Below are positions 28,716 through 40,056 of a stretch of 64,000 bases of DNA, piece after piece. A program made the translations under genes and the position numbers. Position 1 is the first letter of the stretch; each line of letters opens with the position of its first letter. This DNA is from an uncultured delta proteobacterium (lineage in GTDB: Bacteria; Desulfobacterota; Binatia; Binatales; Binataceae): assembly GCA_963711565.1 (NCBI GenBank), contig CAVQEQ010000004.1, forward strand, positions 1 through 64,000, in the 5' to 3' direction. The notes under the pieces were generated by a model, which searched no databases, was not told the DNA's origin, and worked only from the letters and a program-made list of their open reading frames with translations.

Positions 28716-31700
28716 TCACTTGGTAGCGGCCGCGGATCGTGACTCAGCTAGGAGCTCCCGGATGGAGATATCCGAGAGGCTAGAATCTGGAGGTAACGAG
28801 CTCACATCAGCTGCGATTTCAACCTTGGGGAAAAGGGGATTACCGGGCGACCATAGTTCGACGCTGTCCGAATGTTGCTCGTAGTAGGCGGCGTCAGTCG
28901 TAACGCGCAGACGCTTTGGCATCCCGGGCGCGAGATAGCTGTACTCGCGGGTTCCCATTGTTTGGACTTCGACGCCGGGCGGAAGTACTCGGTTTGTGCG
29001 GATCACCAAATCAATGTCGTCAAGGGAAAGGAGGGGGGCTGGCCGGTCAGGTTCGGTGAAGTCTTCATCGATCGCAGCGTCAAGATCGAAGCCCGACGCC
29101 TCAGCTTCCTTCGCTTCGGACTCAATTCTCGCGGTCAGGCTCTTCCTACCCTCTGGGTCACGCGCCTGCCCTGATAGCACAGTTTCGGCGACAAGGTTCG
29201 GAAGGCGGGACAGAATTGGCTGCAAACGACCAACCACCTGTTGGAACATATTGTGCCGCTTGCCCAGCGATATATAGATATCGCTCTCGATTGTATCCCG
29301 GTAATGAAGGTTGACTGCTATGATTTTCGCGAACTTCTGGCCCAATCGATCGATGCGGCCGATTCGCTGCTCGACCTTCATCGGGTTCCACGGCAGATCG
29401 TAGTTCACGAGCGCACCGCAGAACTGAAAGTTGAGCCCTTCGGCAGCCGCATCGGTGCACAGAAGCACGTCGGCTTTTCCTTCTTTGAATCGTCGCTTGA
29501 TGTCGTCGCGCGAGACCGTCCGCCAAGTCCCGTCAGGATCGCGTACCTCACCACCGCGGCCGGAAAAGCACAGCGCGCGCAGATTGTTGTCGCGCGCCAA
29601 TTCCTTTCGAATGAAATCCATCGTGTCCGTGTATTGCGTGAAGACCATTACCTGCGGGTAACCGTCTGATCGCAAATCAGCGAGGACCTTCTTCAGCTCC
29701 TCGAGTTTGCTGTCCGGCGGCAGCTTGCGAATATTGGCTAGCAAGCTTTCAATCTCCGCGCGTTCCTGCGCCGCGAGCCCCTCCCGTTCGCGTGCCACTA
29801 CTTCCTCGGAATCTGGCTCTTCGTCCGCCGAAGCGTCCTCCAAAGCATCTTCTTCGGCTCTGGCAGCCGCCGGAGAGTCCTTTGCACCCGAGATCACCGC
29901 TAAATGATCTTCGAGCGTGTTCCTTAGCGCTGCGAAGCTGCTCGCCAGACGTCGCCGGTAGATCGTCAGTAAAAATCCCACGGCGTTACGTTCCTTGTCG
30001 GAAGCTCGTCCGTAGGCCGTGGAGATATAGTCATCGACGGCCTGATAGAGCATCTGCTCGTCTGGCGAAAGATCGATGAATTGATCGTTGATCTCCCGGT
30101 CTGCTATTGGCGTCGAGAGCCGACCCTGCCTGAAATACGCGCGTAGCGTTTCCCTCGTCGCACGCAACACTAAGCGTGCGACAGGAGTACTTCGCTTCAT
30201 CACCCGTATGGCGAGCTTCCGTTCAGGAGTTTCTAGCCTACGGCGCGGAATACTCGCTTCATCGCGAAGCGCGTCAAGGACCTTCCTAGCCTTGAGGCGA
30301 CTCACGCCGCCCAGGCGTGCAACCTCTTCGACCTTTACCTCTCCGTATGCCTCCTCGGCCGCACGGAACATCCGCGCCAAATGCTCGAATGTCTCAACTG
30401 ATGGGCTAGGCTCCTCGATTTCTCTGAAGAAGCGCACGAATCCCGCTGCGTCCCAGGCATGAGGGAGCCCCAGCAGATTCAGGAGGTCCCAGATTTCCAC
30501 GGGATGTACTTGCATCGGGGTAGCGGTGAGCAGCACGAGTCCCTGTGTTCGCTCACGAAGCCGCTGCATCAGCCGCAACATGCGATTCGGGCCGCCCTCT
30601 GTGGGAGCACCCGGAGCGCGGCGACGCGCATGATGTGCCTCGTCCAGAATCATGAGATCCCAAGGCTCTGCGGTCGCGAGAAGATCGTCGGCACGTTCCT
30701 GACGCCGGAGCAGTTGGCTCGACACGATCACCGCCGGTTCTTTGTGCCATTCGCTGCGACCAACTGCGCGCTCGTTGTGGCCTTTCATCGAGGGCGATGG
30801 ATACCAGATCAACTTCTGCCCATCGTAAATCGGCCAGTTGAGATTGAACTTTTCGCGAAGCTCAATCTGCCATTGCTTAAGCAATCCCTTAGGGGCGAGC
30901 AGGATTATTCGCCGAGCTTTGCCCGCCAGCCACGCCTGTCTGATGAGTAGCCCCGCCTCAATCGTCTTTCCCAATCCGACCTCGTCGGCAATGAGGAGCT
31001 TCGGCGGCCAGTTCTCGTACATCTTCTGAAACGCAAGCACTTGATGCGGCCACGGGGTCACGGCAGCCGTCGCCTCGCCAACGCGTTCGCCGCCGTTAGG
31101 AAGATTCGGTGCATGCTTGATGAAGCCCCACACGAGGCGGCGCAATTCGGACTGAGGTATCTCAACGATCGTTTCAGGAATGACTTCGGGCGGCGGCTTT
31201 TCTTCGGAGTCGCTAACCGATTCGACGGCCTTCAGTCGCGCCGGCTTGTCGTCCTTGGGCAAGAACTGCAAGAGATTGTCGCGAACCGCAGTTGGGACAT
31301 CGAACGTCAGCACTCGGCGCGCATTGCCGCTCCAGATTTTCCCGAAGTTGGACTCTTCATCAACGACGCGCTCCGGCTCCCGCCACGAGGTGAACACGTG
31401 GAAGCTTTCCCAGTTACCCTGCCATCCCGACGGGGTTTCATTGTTGCTGCCGGTGAATGCCACAGTGTCACCGCGCTCGTCTTCAATGATTCCCGACTTC
31501 TCGTGGAAAATTCCGTCTGCCGGAGTTGGACGTCGCTTCTCGTCGCAGGGAATCGACACTTTCACTTCCAGATGTCCGTTCGCGACCATCCAAGCTAGCA
31601 GCTCCAGTGCGTCGATTGATTCCTGATTGGACGGCGCGAGCGGATTCGCGAGCATGTGGCGCTCGATAGTGTCTTTGAGGGACTCTCCCTTCTCAATCGC

Positions 31701-31934
31701 CGCGACCTCTTCGGCTCCCAGTGTGCATCCGACAACCAGCCGCATTCTCCCCCCGTTGCGCACCATTCGTTCGATGCCGCGAGCGGCAAGCGTCAGCGCG
31801 CCGGCGTTGAAATAGCCGGTCAAGCGGTCGTATCGGACCGCGCACGTCAGCGCGATTTGATAGAAGAGTGCAACCAGGTCACCCTCGTCGCGAGTGTATT
31901 TCAGCAGCCACTCGTGATCGGCGAGTTGACTCAA
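28716..31934 (-). CDS. PLD-like nuclease + SNF2 helicase
   Basis: N-terminal GYF..FHEKSGII.D..FTGSNNET; ADEVGLGKT, DEAH, QRIGRIDR. Confidence 0.92.
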   Translation of the reverse strand: MSQLADHEWLLKYTRDEGDLVALFYQIALTCAVRYDRLTGYFNAGALTLAARGIERMVRNGGRMRLVVGCTLGAEEVAAIEKGESLKDTIERHMLANPLAPSNQESIDALELLAWMVANGHLEVKVSIPCDEKRRPTPADGIFHEKSGIIEDERGDTVAFTGSNNETPSGWQGNWESFHVFTSWREPERVVDEESNFGKIWSGNARRVLTFDVPTAVRDNLLQFLPKDDKPARLKAVESVSDSEEKPPPEVIPETIVEIPQSELRRLVWGFIKHAPNLPNGGERVGEATAAVTPWPHQVLAFQKMYENWPPKLLIADEVGLGKTIEAGLLIRQAWLAGKARRIILLAPKGLLKQWQIELREKFNLNWPIYDGQKLIWYPSPSMKGHNERAVGRSEWHKEPAVIVSSQLLRRQERADDLLATAEPWDLMILDEAHHARRRAPGAPTEGGPNRMLRLMQRLRERTQGLVLLTATPMQVHPVEIWDLLNLLGLPHAWDAAGFVRFFREIEEPSPSVETFEHLARMFRAAEEAYGEVKVEEVARLGGVSRLKARKVLDALRDEASIPRRRLETPERKLAIRVMKRSTPVARLVLRATRETLRAYFRQGRLSTPIADREINDQFIDLSPDEQMLYQAVDDYISTAYGRASDKERNAVGFLLTIYRRRLASSFAALRNTLEDHLAVISGAKDSPAAARAEEDALEDASADEEPDSEEVVAREREGLAAQERAEIESLLANIRKLPPDSKLEELKKVLADLRSDGYPQVMVFTQYTDTMDFIRKELARDNNLRALCFSGRGGEVRDPDGTWRTVSRDDIKRRFKEGKADVLLCTDAAAEGLNFQFCGALVNYDLPWNPMKVEQRIGRIDRLGQKFAKIIAVNLHYRDTIESDIYISLGKRHNMFQQVVGRLQPILSRLPNLVAETVLSGQARDPEGRKSLTARIESEAKEAEASGFDLDAAIDEDFTEPDRPAPLLSLDDIDLVIRTNRVLPPGVEVQTMGTREYSYLAPGMPKRLRVTTDAAYYEQHSDSVELWSPGNPLFPKVEIAADVSSLPPDSSLSDISIRELLAESRSAAATK

Positions 31935-34877
31935 GCGGTTGCTTCTTCCTTGAAAAGGGTGAGCTGATCGGGCGCATCGACATGTTCGGTAAAGGCGAGA
32001 CGGCGAAGCTTTTCGAGTGCCTCGAAATCGCTGGCCGCAAGCGCCAAGTCACCGTCATAGTCAATACCGGAGAATGCCTTTGACGGTGGCAGCACTTCGA
32101 GTACCGCCTCCAGCGCCGCGAAAAAGGCGGCCTCGGTATCGACGCCGGCGCGATGAAGCAATTCTCTCGCGGATTCAAGGGACCGCGTGCGCGCGAAGTA
32201 TGCCGCATGATGAATCGCGTCGATCATTCCACGCGATCCGTCGGCCGGACCCAGCGCACCTTTGACGGCGCGGCGCTCGCTATCCCAAATGATGATATCG
32301 CCACCTTTCTTTTCGGCGAGGCGCCCGATGATTTGAGCCTCAAGTTCAACGCCCACCGCGCGAGCAAGCACCAACGCTTCATCGTAGGCCACTTTGGGTG
32401 CGCGGAACGCGTCCCACGCAAGAACGAACCACGATGTTGCGGGGTCTAGTTCCTCGCGAATCTTGGAATGCGTCAGTTGTTCCAGGCGCCAACGTTTCAC
32501 TTCTCGCCGCGCAGCATCCAGCGCGTCTTCGGGAGTGACGGCGTAAGGGTCCCACTCCTCGCGGAACAGTTCTGCCTGCTTAACTCGCCGCCGGCTCTCG
32601 GGTTTCGTCCGTGGTGTGCCGCGTTTGAGCGGCCAATGGCGCGAGAATTCCTCAAGCGCCGGACCGAAGGAGGCTAGATACAGATCGACGCCGCCAATTC
32701 CCGCCTCCTGGAATTCCGTGACGCGGGTGCGGACCGCCTGCGCAACGAGCGGTTCCACATCTTCCCAGTAGATCGTCGATGCGTCGCGCGCCGTTTCCTC
32801 GCGCGGGCGGCAGACCAGGAAGATCGTACTGTTGGCAGCGGCCTTGTCCTTGATGTGCAGGCTGCCTTCGGCCTCGGTGTTGATTGGCCAGGAGGCTGAA
32901 ATCGCAAAGCCCGCGTGCATTAGGCCCTTGGTCAGGGCATCCCACGCCCCCGTCGCTTTGTGGGTGAACATCAAGGTCATTACCCCGTCCGGTTTCAGTA
33001 CTCGGCGGCATTCGGTGAAGATTGCCGCCATCCGCTCTTGGTAGTCGCGGCCCGCGAGAGCCTTGGCGCCCGGCTCACCCTTGAACTTGGCTGGATTGGC
33101 GACCGCTTCGTGCTCCTTGTCGGTGAGCGCGCGGGTGAAAAGTTCGGGAAAGAGGCGGCCGGCGGTGCGTTTCAGCCAGACATAGAAGAAGTCTGACAAC
33201 TCCGCGTACATTACATTGTCGTAGTATGGCGGATCTATCACGATCACGTTGACGCTCGAATCTCCGAGATGGTCGAGGTTATCGGCGGACTTGCATGTGA
33301 CAGTGATTGGCGGTGGCTTCGCCGAAGAGGAGGCGCTGAACAATTGTCCGTTGCGATAGGCCGGTTCAGACCCAGTCATCTCCACGAGTTCGGTAATACA
33401 TTGAAATGTCTTGTCGAATGCCCATTCATAACCCAAACCTACAATTAGAGGGGCCATCTCAGCGTAGGACCAACAGAAGGCAAAGTCGTGCCGATCGAAG
33501 ATTGATCGCACCCTTTGAGTTACGATGTCCCAGCGGCATGAACGAGTTCCGTAATTCAGAATCGTGTCCAGTGCGAGCGCTAGATACAGATATGCCGCTC
33601 GCGAGACCTCTTTCATTGGTCCTCGGGCCTGTTCGGTCTCTAGTAGTTCACGGAACACTTCGACACTGATGGCGTGGCATAGGAGTTGGCGCGGAGAGAA
33701 CATATCGCGCCAATGAGTGGCACCATAAAGTCTATGTCCACGGTCGTAGTTTGAAAGTTGATCGATCGGTTCGTTCGGAATCGTGTCGAGAGCTTCCCAC
33801 TCGGCAAGTCTCTCACCGAGGCGGTTCTGGATTGCTTCACTGTTGTCGTCTTCGGGACATGGTGCGCGGTACGCGCGCTCCAACTTCCGACGGATCTTTC
33901 CAGATTTGGTCTTTGTTTCAACGCTCCTCTTAAAAACAACCGCGTAAAGCTGCTCGCCCATTTGGCCGGCCTGCGCTTGACGCTTTACTTCGTCGCCGTC
34001 GATTACGCGGCCGCAGTCCGAGAAAGGGCAGGTTGCGTCGCCGTCAGCGACGGTGCCAGCGGATTGTTCTCTAACTGAAGACACGATCTCAAAACAACAT
34101 CGACGTCCCTTCGACCCGGGACCTCCGCTCAAAGCCGGCCGGAGGAGCACGCCAGTACCATCTGATGCAAGCCGCCAATTCGGTGAAAGTGGGACCAATC
34201 CGTCGCAGTAGGAACAAGTAATTGTGCGTGCCCACAGGTAACCGAGTACCTGGGCTCCCAGCAGTTCCGGAGGAAAGATGCCTGCGTACTTGGGCTCGGC
34301 AGTCTTAATGAATTCCCGAGCAATTCGCTCGAACTCGGTGGCCACTTCTCCGCCGATTCGTATAGGTACTTCGATGGTAGCTCGCAGCAGTAGCGCCGAA
34401 ACAGGGTTGAGTTCGTTCGCTTGCACAGCAACACCAATTCTCTCAGCTTCGAGCGGTATGCTACCTCCGCCCGCAGTAGGGTCTAGCAGCACAATGCTTT
34501 CGAGCGGCTTCGCCGTCTGATCCTTCAGCCACTTGCGATCTTCAGCGTCTGGTAAATATTTGAATGCTCTGTCGTAACCATATGGATTCGCTGCCAACCT
34601 CTCTCCGTTCCTATTCGCGAGGTCTAGACGGCGCTTGACCGCCACGGGATCGCCATGGATGCCAAGGAGGTGCTTGAACTTTTCGTGGTCCGCATCGGCC
34701 AGGCAAGATCGATGCGAGAATCGCTGCGCGCGACGCGATCAATGGCCGCCGCGCCCACCAGACATGCAATCGATTGGGCGCCGGAAAGGGAGTCATCGGC
34801 GTGCGCTCCCGTACAGATTCGATTCCCAGCTCCGCAATCGGCAGCCAGCGTTCAATGAGGCGAGTGTCTTTGGGCAT
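31931..34877 (-). pseudogene. DUF1156 adenine methyltransferase, +1 frameshift near 34700
   Basis: N-terminus LHVWWARRPL in one frame; after TTG CCT G GCC GAT the reading continues ADADHEKF.. into the frame with DPTAGGGSIPLEA and DPPY. Confidence 0.85.
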
Positions 34878-34890
34878 TGCGCGCGGGCGG

Positions 34891-35391
34891 TTATAGGTTG
34901 CGCTTAGGATCAGTCAGCAGAATCCGCAGCGCGCTCATCACCCGTCGCGGATACTTGCGATGCATCGCCATCCCGAGCCAGTACGCCGCCTCCTCACGCT
35001 GCATCGTCTCGATCCCCTCGACGACTTCGCGCATCCGGTTGCGGCTTCGCATCGGCGCGAGCGTGCGGAACACTAGTCCGAGCGTCATAGCCAATTCTTC
35101 GCTCACCGGACGGGCCGAGCCGCGTCGGGCCGCAGCCGGATCGCGCGTCGAATCAAAACGGATGCCTTCCTGCGTCAGACGGCGGAGCACACGATGCTCA
35201 ATAAGTTCAAGGTTGCGGCCGCGCAGTCCCGCAATGCGAAGCGGCGAGCGAATATAAGGAGTAGCGGGCGCGGGCATCTGGAAAATTTCGATCTCGGTAT
35301 CTCCCGGCCGGTACGTGCGCGAGCGAATCTCGAAGCGCGGCTGCGAGGAGCGCGGCAAGATTTCGTCAATCCGATGGACCTGTGCCTTCAT
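34891..35391 (-). CDS. Small accessory protein of the DUF499 system (DUF3780 position)
   Basis: EEAAYW..RRVMSALRILL; located between DUF499 and the methylase. Confidence 0.7.
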   Translation of the reverse strand: MKAQVHRIDEILPRSSQPRFEIRSRTYRPGDTEIEIFQMPAPATPYIRSPLRIAGLRGRNLELIEHRVLRRLTQEGIRFDSTRDPAAARRGSARPVSEELAMTLGLVFRTLAPMRSRNRMREVVEGIETMQREEAAYWLGMAMHRKYPRRVMSALRILLTDPKRNL

Positions 35392-38300
35392 GGTTTTGCC
35401 TCCGCCGACGCCGATACGTATGCCGATCCGGTTGCAAAGCGCGTCAGACGCTCGGTCAGCTTTTCGGCCGCATCACCGCCCATCACCAGACCATCGTTAA
35501 AACGAATCTCGAAGGTCGTGTCGAGCTTCTTGTCGGCTGCTGCGCGCATCTGTGAGTCGAGAAAATCCTTGACCGGAAGAGCGTCCGCGACCGGACCAGT
35601 GAACTCGAACGTCATCGTCGCGCCCTCCTTGGTATCGTAGCCGCCTTCCATTCTAGCTGTTTTCGCGGCGCTGGGTATTGAACTGACGGCACCGAGAAGC
35701 CGAAATGCATCCGCGGCATCGAAGACTTTGATCTTCAGCACGCCTATCTTGTCCACCTTGGCTTTTCGCGCTTGCTCCCAAAGCTGAATTAGCGCCTCGC
35801 GCAGGACAGCCTCCGCAGTGAAGGTTTGCGAGGCCTCGCCGTCGCTGATGAAGCCGCCGCGATCTGGGCCACCGCCTCCGCCCGTGCGGCCACCCCCACC
35901 GGTTCCGCCGCCGTCATCCGTCTTGCCTCCCTTATCCCGGCCACCTGTATCTCCTCCGGTATCGACCTTGGGCCGCGGCCAGATCTCATGCTGCCGCGCA
36001 TAGTCCATCGTGAAGACTAGGGAATTCTCGTCGATTCGAATGTCGGCGTTGGGATCGCCAGGACCGTAGAGCAGCGTACCGCTTCTATAGACGTAAACGC
36101 TGTCCTCGACGCCCTTGCGGATCGCGCGAACGAAAACCTCGTCGCCGAGCATGATCGGCAGCGCGGGATCCTTGCGGAACTCGTCTCGCAACGCCAGCGT
36201 CGTCATCTGGCCTTTGCGGAGCGGAGTCCGGTCGCGGATGTAGGCAGGAGCGTCGGGCTCGTCATCGCGCGTGCGGAGTTTTTTCTGCTCGCGAAGGGTG
36301 CGAAGAATTTGGACTTGCCCCGCGCCGGGCGAGTCTGAAGTGTTGTGCAGAGCAAGCGCGGTATGGGCGAGGTCAACGTCTGCGCGGGGCAGACGATTTC
36401 GGGACGGATAGAAAACGTGCTGGTAACACTGCTGGATCGCGACAGCCACCTGCGATTCGGACCGCTCCTCGAGTTCAAGAATCTTGGCTTTCTGATGCTC
36501 GGCGAGGTCACCCAGCCGTTCGGGTTTACGCAGCTCAGCCAGCGCGAGACGGCGAACCATTGCGCGGCGCATCTCAGCGACTTTGTCGTCATCGGCAACG
36601 GCGAACAGCAGATTGTTGCGTAGCTCGCGGAAGGCGCTGCCCTCAGCATTTTTGCGCGTGAAAATCTGCGCGACCAAATCAGGAACGCTCTCTACAGCGG
36701 TACCAGCCGTCACTCCGTCGTACGACATAACGACGAGCCGTGGACGGCCGTCGCCAGTGTCGTCGGGAACTTCCCACGGTCCGCCGGCAAACGGAATCAT
36801 CTCAAAGTAGTTACCGCCGAAAATACGTTTGATGCGGTCGTTCAGTTCCGCGCGGACTTGTCCGGCGTCAGCGTGCAGCTCCTGACGGCGGATGATCTGC
36901 GTCAGATTTGCTTCGACCAGGAAGCGAAGTGGCGCGGTCGGGCGATCGTCGAGATAGGATGAGTCTTCGGCGAACCGCTTGCGCGCGTCATCGATAAAGC
37001 TGATGTCCGTTTCGGGACCGAGAATGGAGTAGCGCAAATGCTCGGGAGTGACGCCCTTTAGCTGATCGTTGTAGGCAAGCGTGTGAATGAAAATGGTGCG
37101 CGCGACGTAGGTCGCATACGGCGCCAATCCGCGGTAGTGCGCATCGTCGATTTCCTGCGCAAGCGCCTTCTTGCCCGGTTCTGCGGCGACGATGTCATTG
37201 CGGATCGCCGGCACGTAGGCGCGCTGTCCAAGGCGCGTGGCAATTTCCTCGTAAATGGGCGCGAAGCCCGGATCGATATGATGAAGATGGATCGCCGTGG
37301 CATCCGCCGGCTTTCTACCCCAGAGATAAGCGACGGTTCCAGCTAGCAGGCGCAGCATCCCGCGGACCCGCTGAAAGGTGACGAGTGTCGCCGTCTTGCC
37401 GGTGAGTGTGGCAAGAACGTCTGGATGAAACGGGTAGCTCGCGCGAAATGCATCGATCGTTTCAGGGCGCGCGGCGTCGGCGACAAGAGCATCGCGGTTC
37501 GAGTTCCAGGATTCGCGATAGCTGTCGATGACTTCGGAAGCGGCGTGATCGTCGATTCGGTCGAACAAACGGCGCCGAAGCACCTGCACCGTCTCGTCGT
37601 CCTCGGTCGGGTTCAGCAGCGTGGCCTTGCGGGCTGAAACGCTTTCGATCTCAGTCATTCGATCGGCAATGAACTGGCTTTCCTCGCTGTAGGCGTCGGA
37701 AGAACGATCGTCTTTCCCAATAGACAGCGTGTAGACCACGGCCGCCTTCGGCGAGGATTCAACCGCCTTGAAAAGTGACGTCAGAAACGCGGCGAGTTGC
37801 TCGCGCGCCTGCGGCAGTTTCTGCACCTTGCGCAGGTAAACGGAAAGCTCGTCGAGCAGAATCAAGGTCGGCTCGCCACCGAACAGTTCCTGGATGGTCT
37901 CAGCGCCGGGAGCGATCGCCTGCTCGTCTCCACGGCGAACGCGCTCGTACCCAGCCTTACCAGCGAGCGCATACGCAATCTCGCCCCATGGGGTGAAGGC
38001 GAGAACATCCTCGCCCATCTTGCGGCCGTTGGCGGGGTCCGCATTCTCGCCGTCGAAGGCGGCGACGCGAACGCGGCTTTTCGGAACCAGGGCAGGATCG
38101 ATAAATTCGCCGGCGTTGGTCACGCCACGCATCCCGTTCGCGGCGTGAACGAGTGCAATTAGCGAGTGCGTCTTGCCACCTCCGAATGACGTTCCGAGGC
38201 GAAAGATCGCAGCGACCTCGCCCGTCTTGCCGCTCAATCGCGCGCACACGTTGGCGAGCAAACTCTTGAGCCCGCGCGTCGGATAGGTATTACGGAAGAA

Positions 38301-38435
38301 CGGTTCAGGAGTCCGATACTCGTCGGAAGCAGTGCCCTTGATTACCTGAGCGAGATCGGCCGCGAAATCCGACTTGGCGATGTCACCTTTGACGACATCA
38401 TTTCGCGGCTCGCACAAATCAAAGATTGTCTTCAA
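35388..38435 (-). CDS. DUF499 AAA+ ATPase
   Basis: PR-DV..FAADL, FF-NTYPT, FGGGKTHSL, LLDEL, SYPFHP, FQRVRG-LR; TTG start after GGGGGAG. Confidence 0.92.
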   Translation of the reverse strand: MKTIFDLCEPRNDVVKGDIAKSDFAADLAQVIKGTASDEYRTPEPFFRNTYPTRGLKSLLANVCARLSGKTGEVAAIFRLGTSFGGGKTHSLIALVHAANGMRGVTNAGEFIDPALVPKSRVRVAAFDGENADPANGRKMGEDVLAFTPWGEIAYALAGKAGYERVRRGDEQAIAPGAETIQELFGGEPTLILLDELSVYLRKVQKLPQAREQLAAFLTSLFKAVESSPKAAVVYTLSIGKDDRSSDAYSEESQFIADRMTEIESVSARKATLLNPTEDDETVQVLRRRLFDRIDDHAASEVIDSYRESWNSNRDALVADAARPETIDAFRASYPFHPDVLATLTGKTATLVTFQRVRGMLRLLAGTVAYLWGRKPADATAIHLHHIDPGFAPIYEEIATRLGQRAYVPAIRNDIVAAEPGKKALAQEIDDAHYRGLAPYATYVARTIFIHTLAYNDQLKGVTPEHLRYSILGPETDISFIDDARKRFAEDSSYLDDRPTAPLRFLVEANLTQIIRRQELHADAGQVRAELNDRIKRIFGGNYFEMIPFAGGPWEVPDDTGDGRPRLVVMSYDGVTAGTAVESVPDLVAQIFTRKNAEGSAFRELRNNLLFAVADDDKVAEMRRAMVRRLALAELRKPERLGDLAEHQKAKILELEERSESQVAVAIQQCYQHVFYPSRNRLPRADVDLAHTALALHNTSDSPGAGQVQILRTLREQKKLRTRDDEPDAPAYIRDRTPLRKGQMTTLALRDEFRKDPALPIMLGDEVFVRAIRKGVEDSVYVYRSGTLLYGPGDPNADIRIDENSLVFTMDYARQHEIWPRPKVDTGGDTGGRDKGGKTDDGGGTGGGGRTGGGGGPDRGGFISDGEASQTFTAEAVLREALIQLWEQARKAKVDKIGVLKIKVFDAADAFRLLGAVSSIPSAAKTARMEGGYDTKEGATMTFEFTGPVADALPVKDFLDSQMRAAADKKLDTTFEIRFNDGLVMGGDAAEKLTERLTRFATGSAYVSASAEAKP

Positions 38436-38713
38436 ATGCGCTCCCCCAACTGTAGCGTTTAGTAGCACAACATGGCGTCAAACGCAGAAGCTTGGCGGCC
38501 CGCACTCAGGGAACCTCCATAAAAACGACGCGCATAGCGATGCCAACAAAATTTGCCGTCATCCAAGTAGTCAAATTACGATCGGGAGCACAATTTCCTC
38601 AAACAAACCGCGCGACGCTTTGACCTCCGTCATCCGCTCGTAAACGGGCTATCGACGATCCGTAATCTGTAACCGGCCGTAGACCGATGGTTGTCGTATA
38701 GAAGCACGCGGGG

Positions 38714-39586
38714 TCATCGGTGAAAGCGCGGCGTCCATTGCTCCTCCAGCTCCTCGTCATCTTCCTCCTCGTCTGCAAAGGTATTCGTGCTCAGGACCGT
38801 TAGTGTCCTGCCGTAGCTTCCGAGCCCCACGATTTCTTCAGTCGTCGCGATGTGCCGACTGCCGCCGAACCATTTCTGCAAATCTGTATCGACCTCTTGG
38901 CGCTTTGCCTCCGCCACGTTTCGCGGATTGCTGTTGAAGTGCGCCGTAGCAACCTCACCAGGCAGGAATTCGCGCTTACGAAGCCACGTTATTTCCGAGA
39001 AGTCCTCCATCGACTTCGACATGAAACAATAGTCGATCCGATTGCCGCTACTCATTACTACGGCAACGGGGACGTCAGTCTTTTGCGCGTAACGAATTGA
39101 CGTTGCGGTGAGCGAAGTGCGACACAAATCTGCAAGTTTCTGAATTGCGGCCAACCCGTCGCCCCCTCGACGCAGCGCTGTTGTGAACATTGGATCGGGC
39201 ATCAGAAGCCCCGTGGCGAAATAGTCCGCCTCTTGCTCAAAAGGATCCTTGGAAACAAAACCAGCTCGGGACGCATGGGTATCCCCGCCACCGCGAAAGA
39301 TGTGCTCTGGATGTCCTTCCAACAAGTAATGGCCGAGCTCGTGCGCTACGCTAAACCGCTGGAAACCCTCGCTGGCAATGTGCGTGGCGTACAGAATGCC
39401 GAAGTTGTTTCCATGCCGCACGAGCATACTCGATACACCCGACGCGCTGTTCCGCTTCGGCTCTACAACGATACCCAAACGCTCGGCAATCTCCTGGGGA
39501 TCGATCGGCAGAGACGATATCCCCTCGTCTTTGAGAAACTTCTCTGCTTTCTGAAGGGCCGAGCTGGCGTTGGGGCTGATCGTCAT
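38714..39586 (-). CDS. ImmA/IrrE-family metallopeptidase (CapP-like)
   Basis: RFSVAHELGH, EQEADYFA-GLLMP, TSLTAT. Confidence 0.92.
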   Translation of the reverse strand: MTISPNASSALQKAEKFLKDEGISSLPIDPQEIAERLGIVVEPKRNSASGVSSMLVRHGNNFGILYATHIASEGFQRFSVAHELGHYLLEGHPEHIFRGGGDTHASRAGFVSKDPFEQEADYFATGLLMPDPMFTTALRRGGDGLAAIQKLADLCRTSLTATSIRYAQKTDVPVAVVMSSGNRIDYCFMSKSMEDFSEITWLRKREFLPGEVATAHFNSNPRNVAEAKRQEVDTDLQKWFGGSRHIATTEEIVGLGSYGRTLTVLSTNTFADEEEDDEELEEQWTPRFHR

Positions 39587-39927
39587 TCGTCCTTTCGTCC
39601 CTTTTCACGGTCCGCCAACATTTTCATGAAACTGCGCGCGAGTTCGCGATCGTGCGCAGTAAGTTTCTGGCCGTCACGGAAGAGCGGATCGGCAGACTTG
39701 CTCATTTCCGGTTGATCGGCCAGCCCCAGCAGAAAGTCAGTGGTCACTTCGAGTGCCTGAGCGAGGCGTCGAAGATTGTCGAACGATGGCTTTCGTGATC
39801 CAGCCTCGAAGTGCGAGATCAACGTCGAAGGCAAACCTGCCTTCGTGGCCAAATCGCTTTGATTCATATTTCTAAGATCACGCGCCGCCTTGAGGCGCTG
39901 CGGGAAACTGTCAACCACGGGATCCAC
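39583..39927 (-). CDS. XRE-family HTH regulator (CapH-like)
   Basis: RLKAARDLR-MNQSDLA..ISHFEAG-RKPS..LAQALEVTTDFLLG. Confidence 0.92.
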   Translation of the reverse strand: MDPVVDSFPQRLKAARDLRNMNQSDLATKAGLPSTLISHFEAGSRKPSFDNLRRLAQALEVTTDFLLGLADQPEMSKSADPLFRDGQKLTAHDRELARSFMKMLADREKGRKDE

Positions 39928-39930
39928 CCA

Positions 39931-39946
39931 TTGTCGATATCGACAA
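39931..39946. promoter_or_regulatory. Perfect 16-bp palindrome in the divergent promoter
   Basis: TTGTCGATATCGACAA. Confidence 0.6.
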
Positions 39947-40056
39947 GAACCACTTGCCGTATTCGCCAGACTGTGGCAGTATCATAGTCGCCATATCACG
40001 AATGGCGGATACGACAACATATCCCCCAAGCAGGGGGCGGCGTCAAGGAGGCCGAA

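Noticed and set aside
35865-35965. Gly-rich repeat-like stretch in DUF499
   Set aside because: Low-complexity protein linker, not a DNA repeat element.
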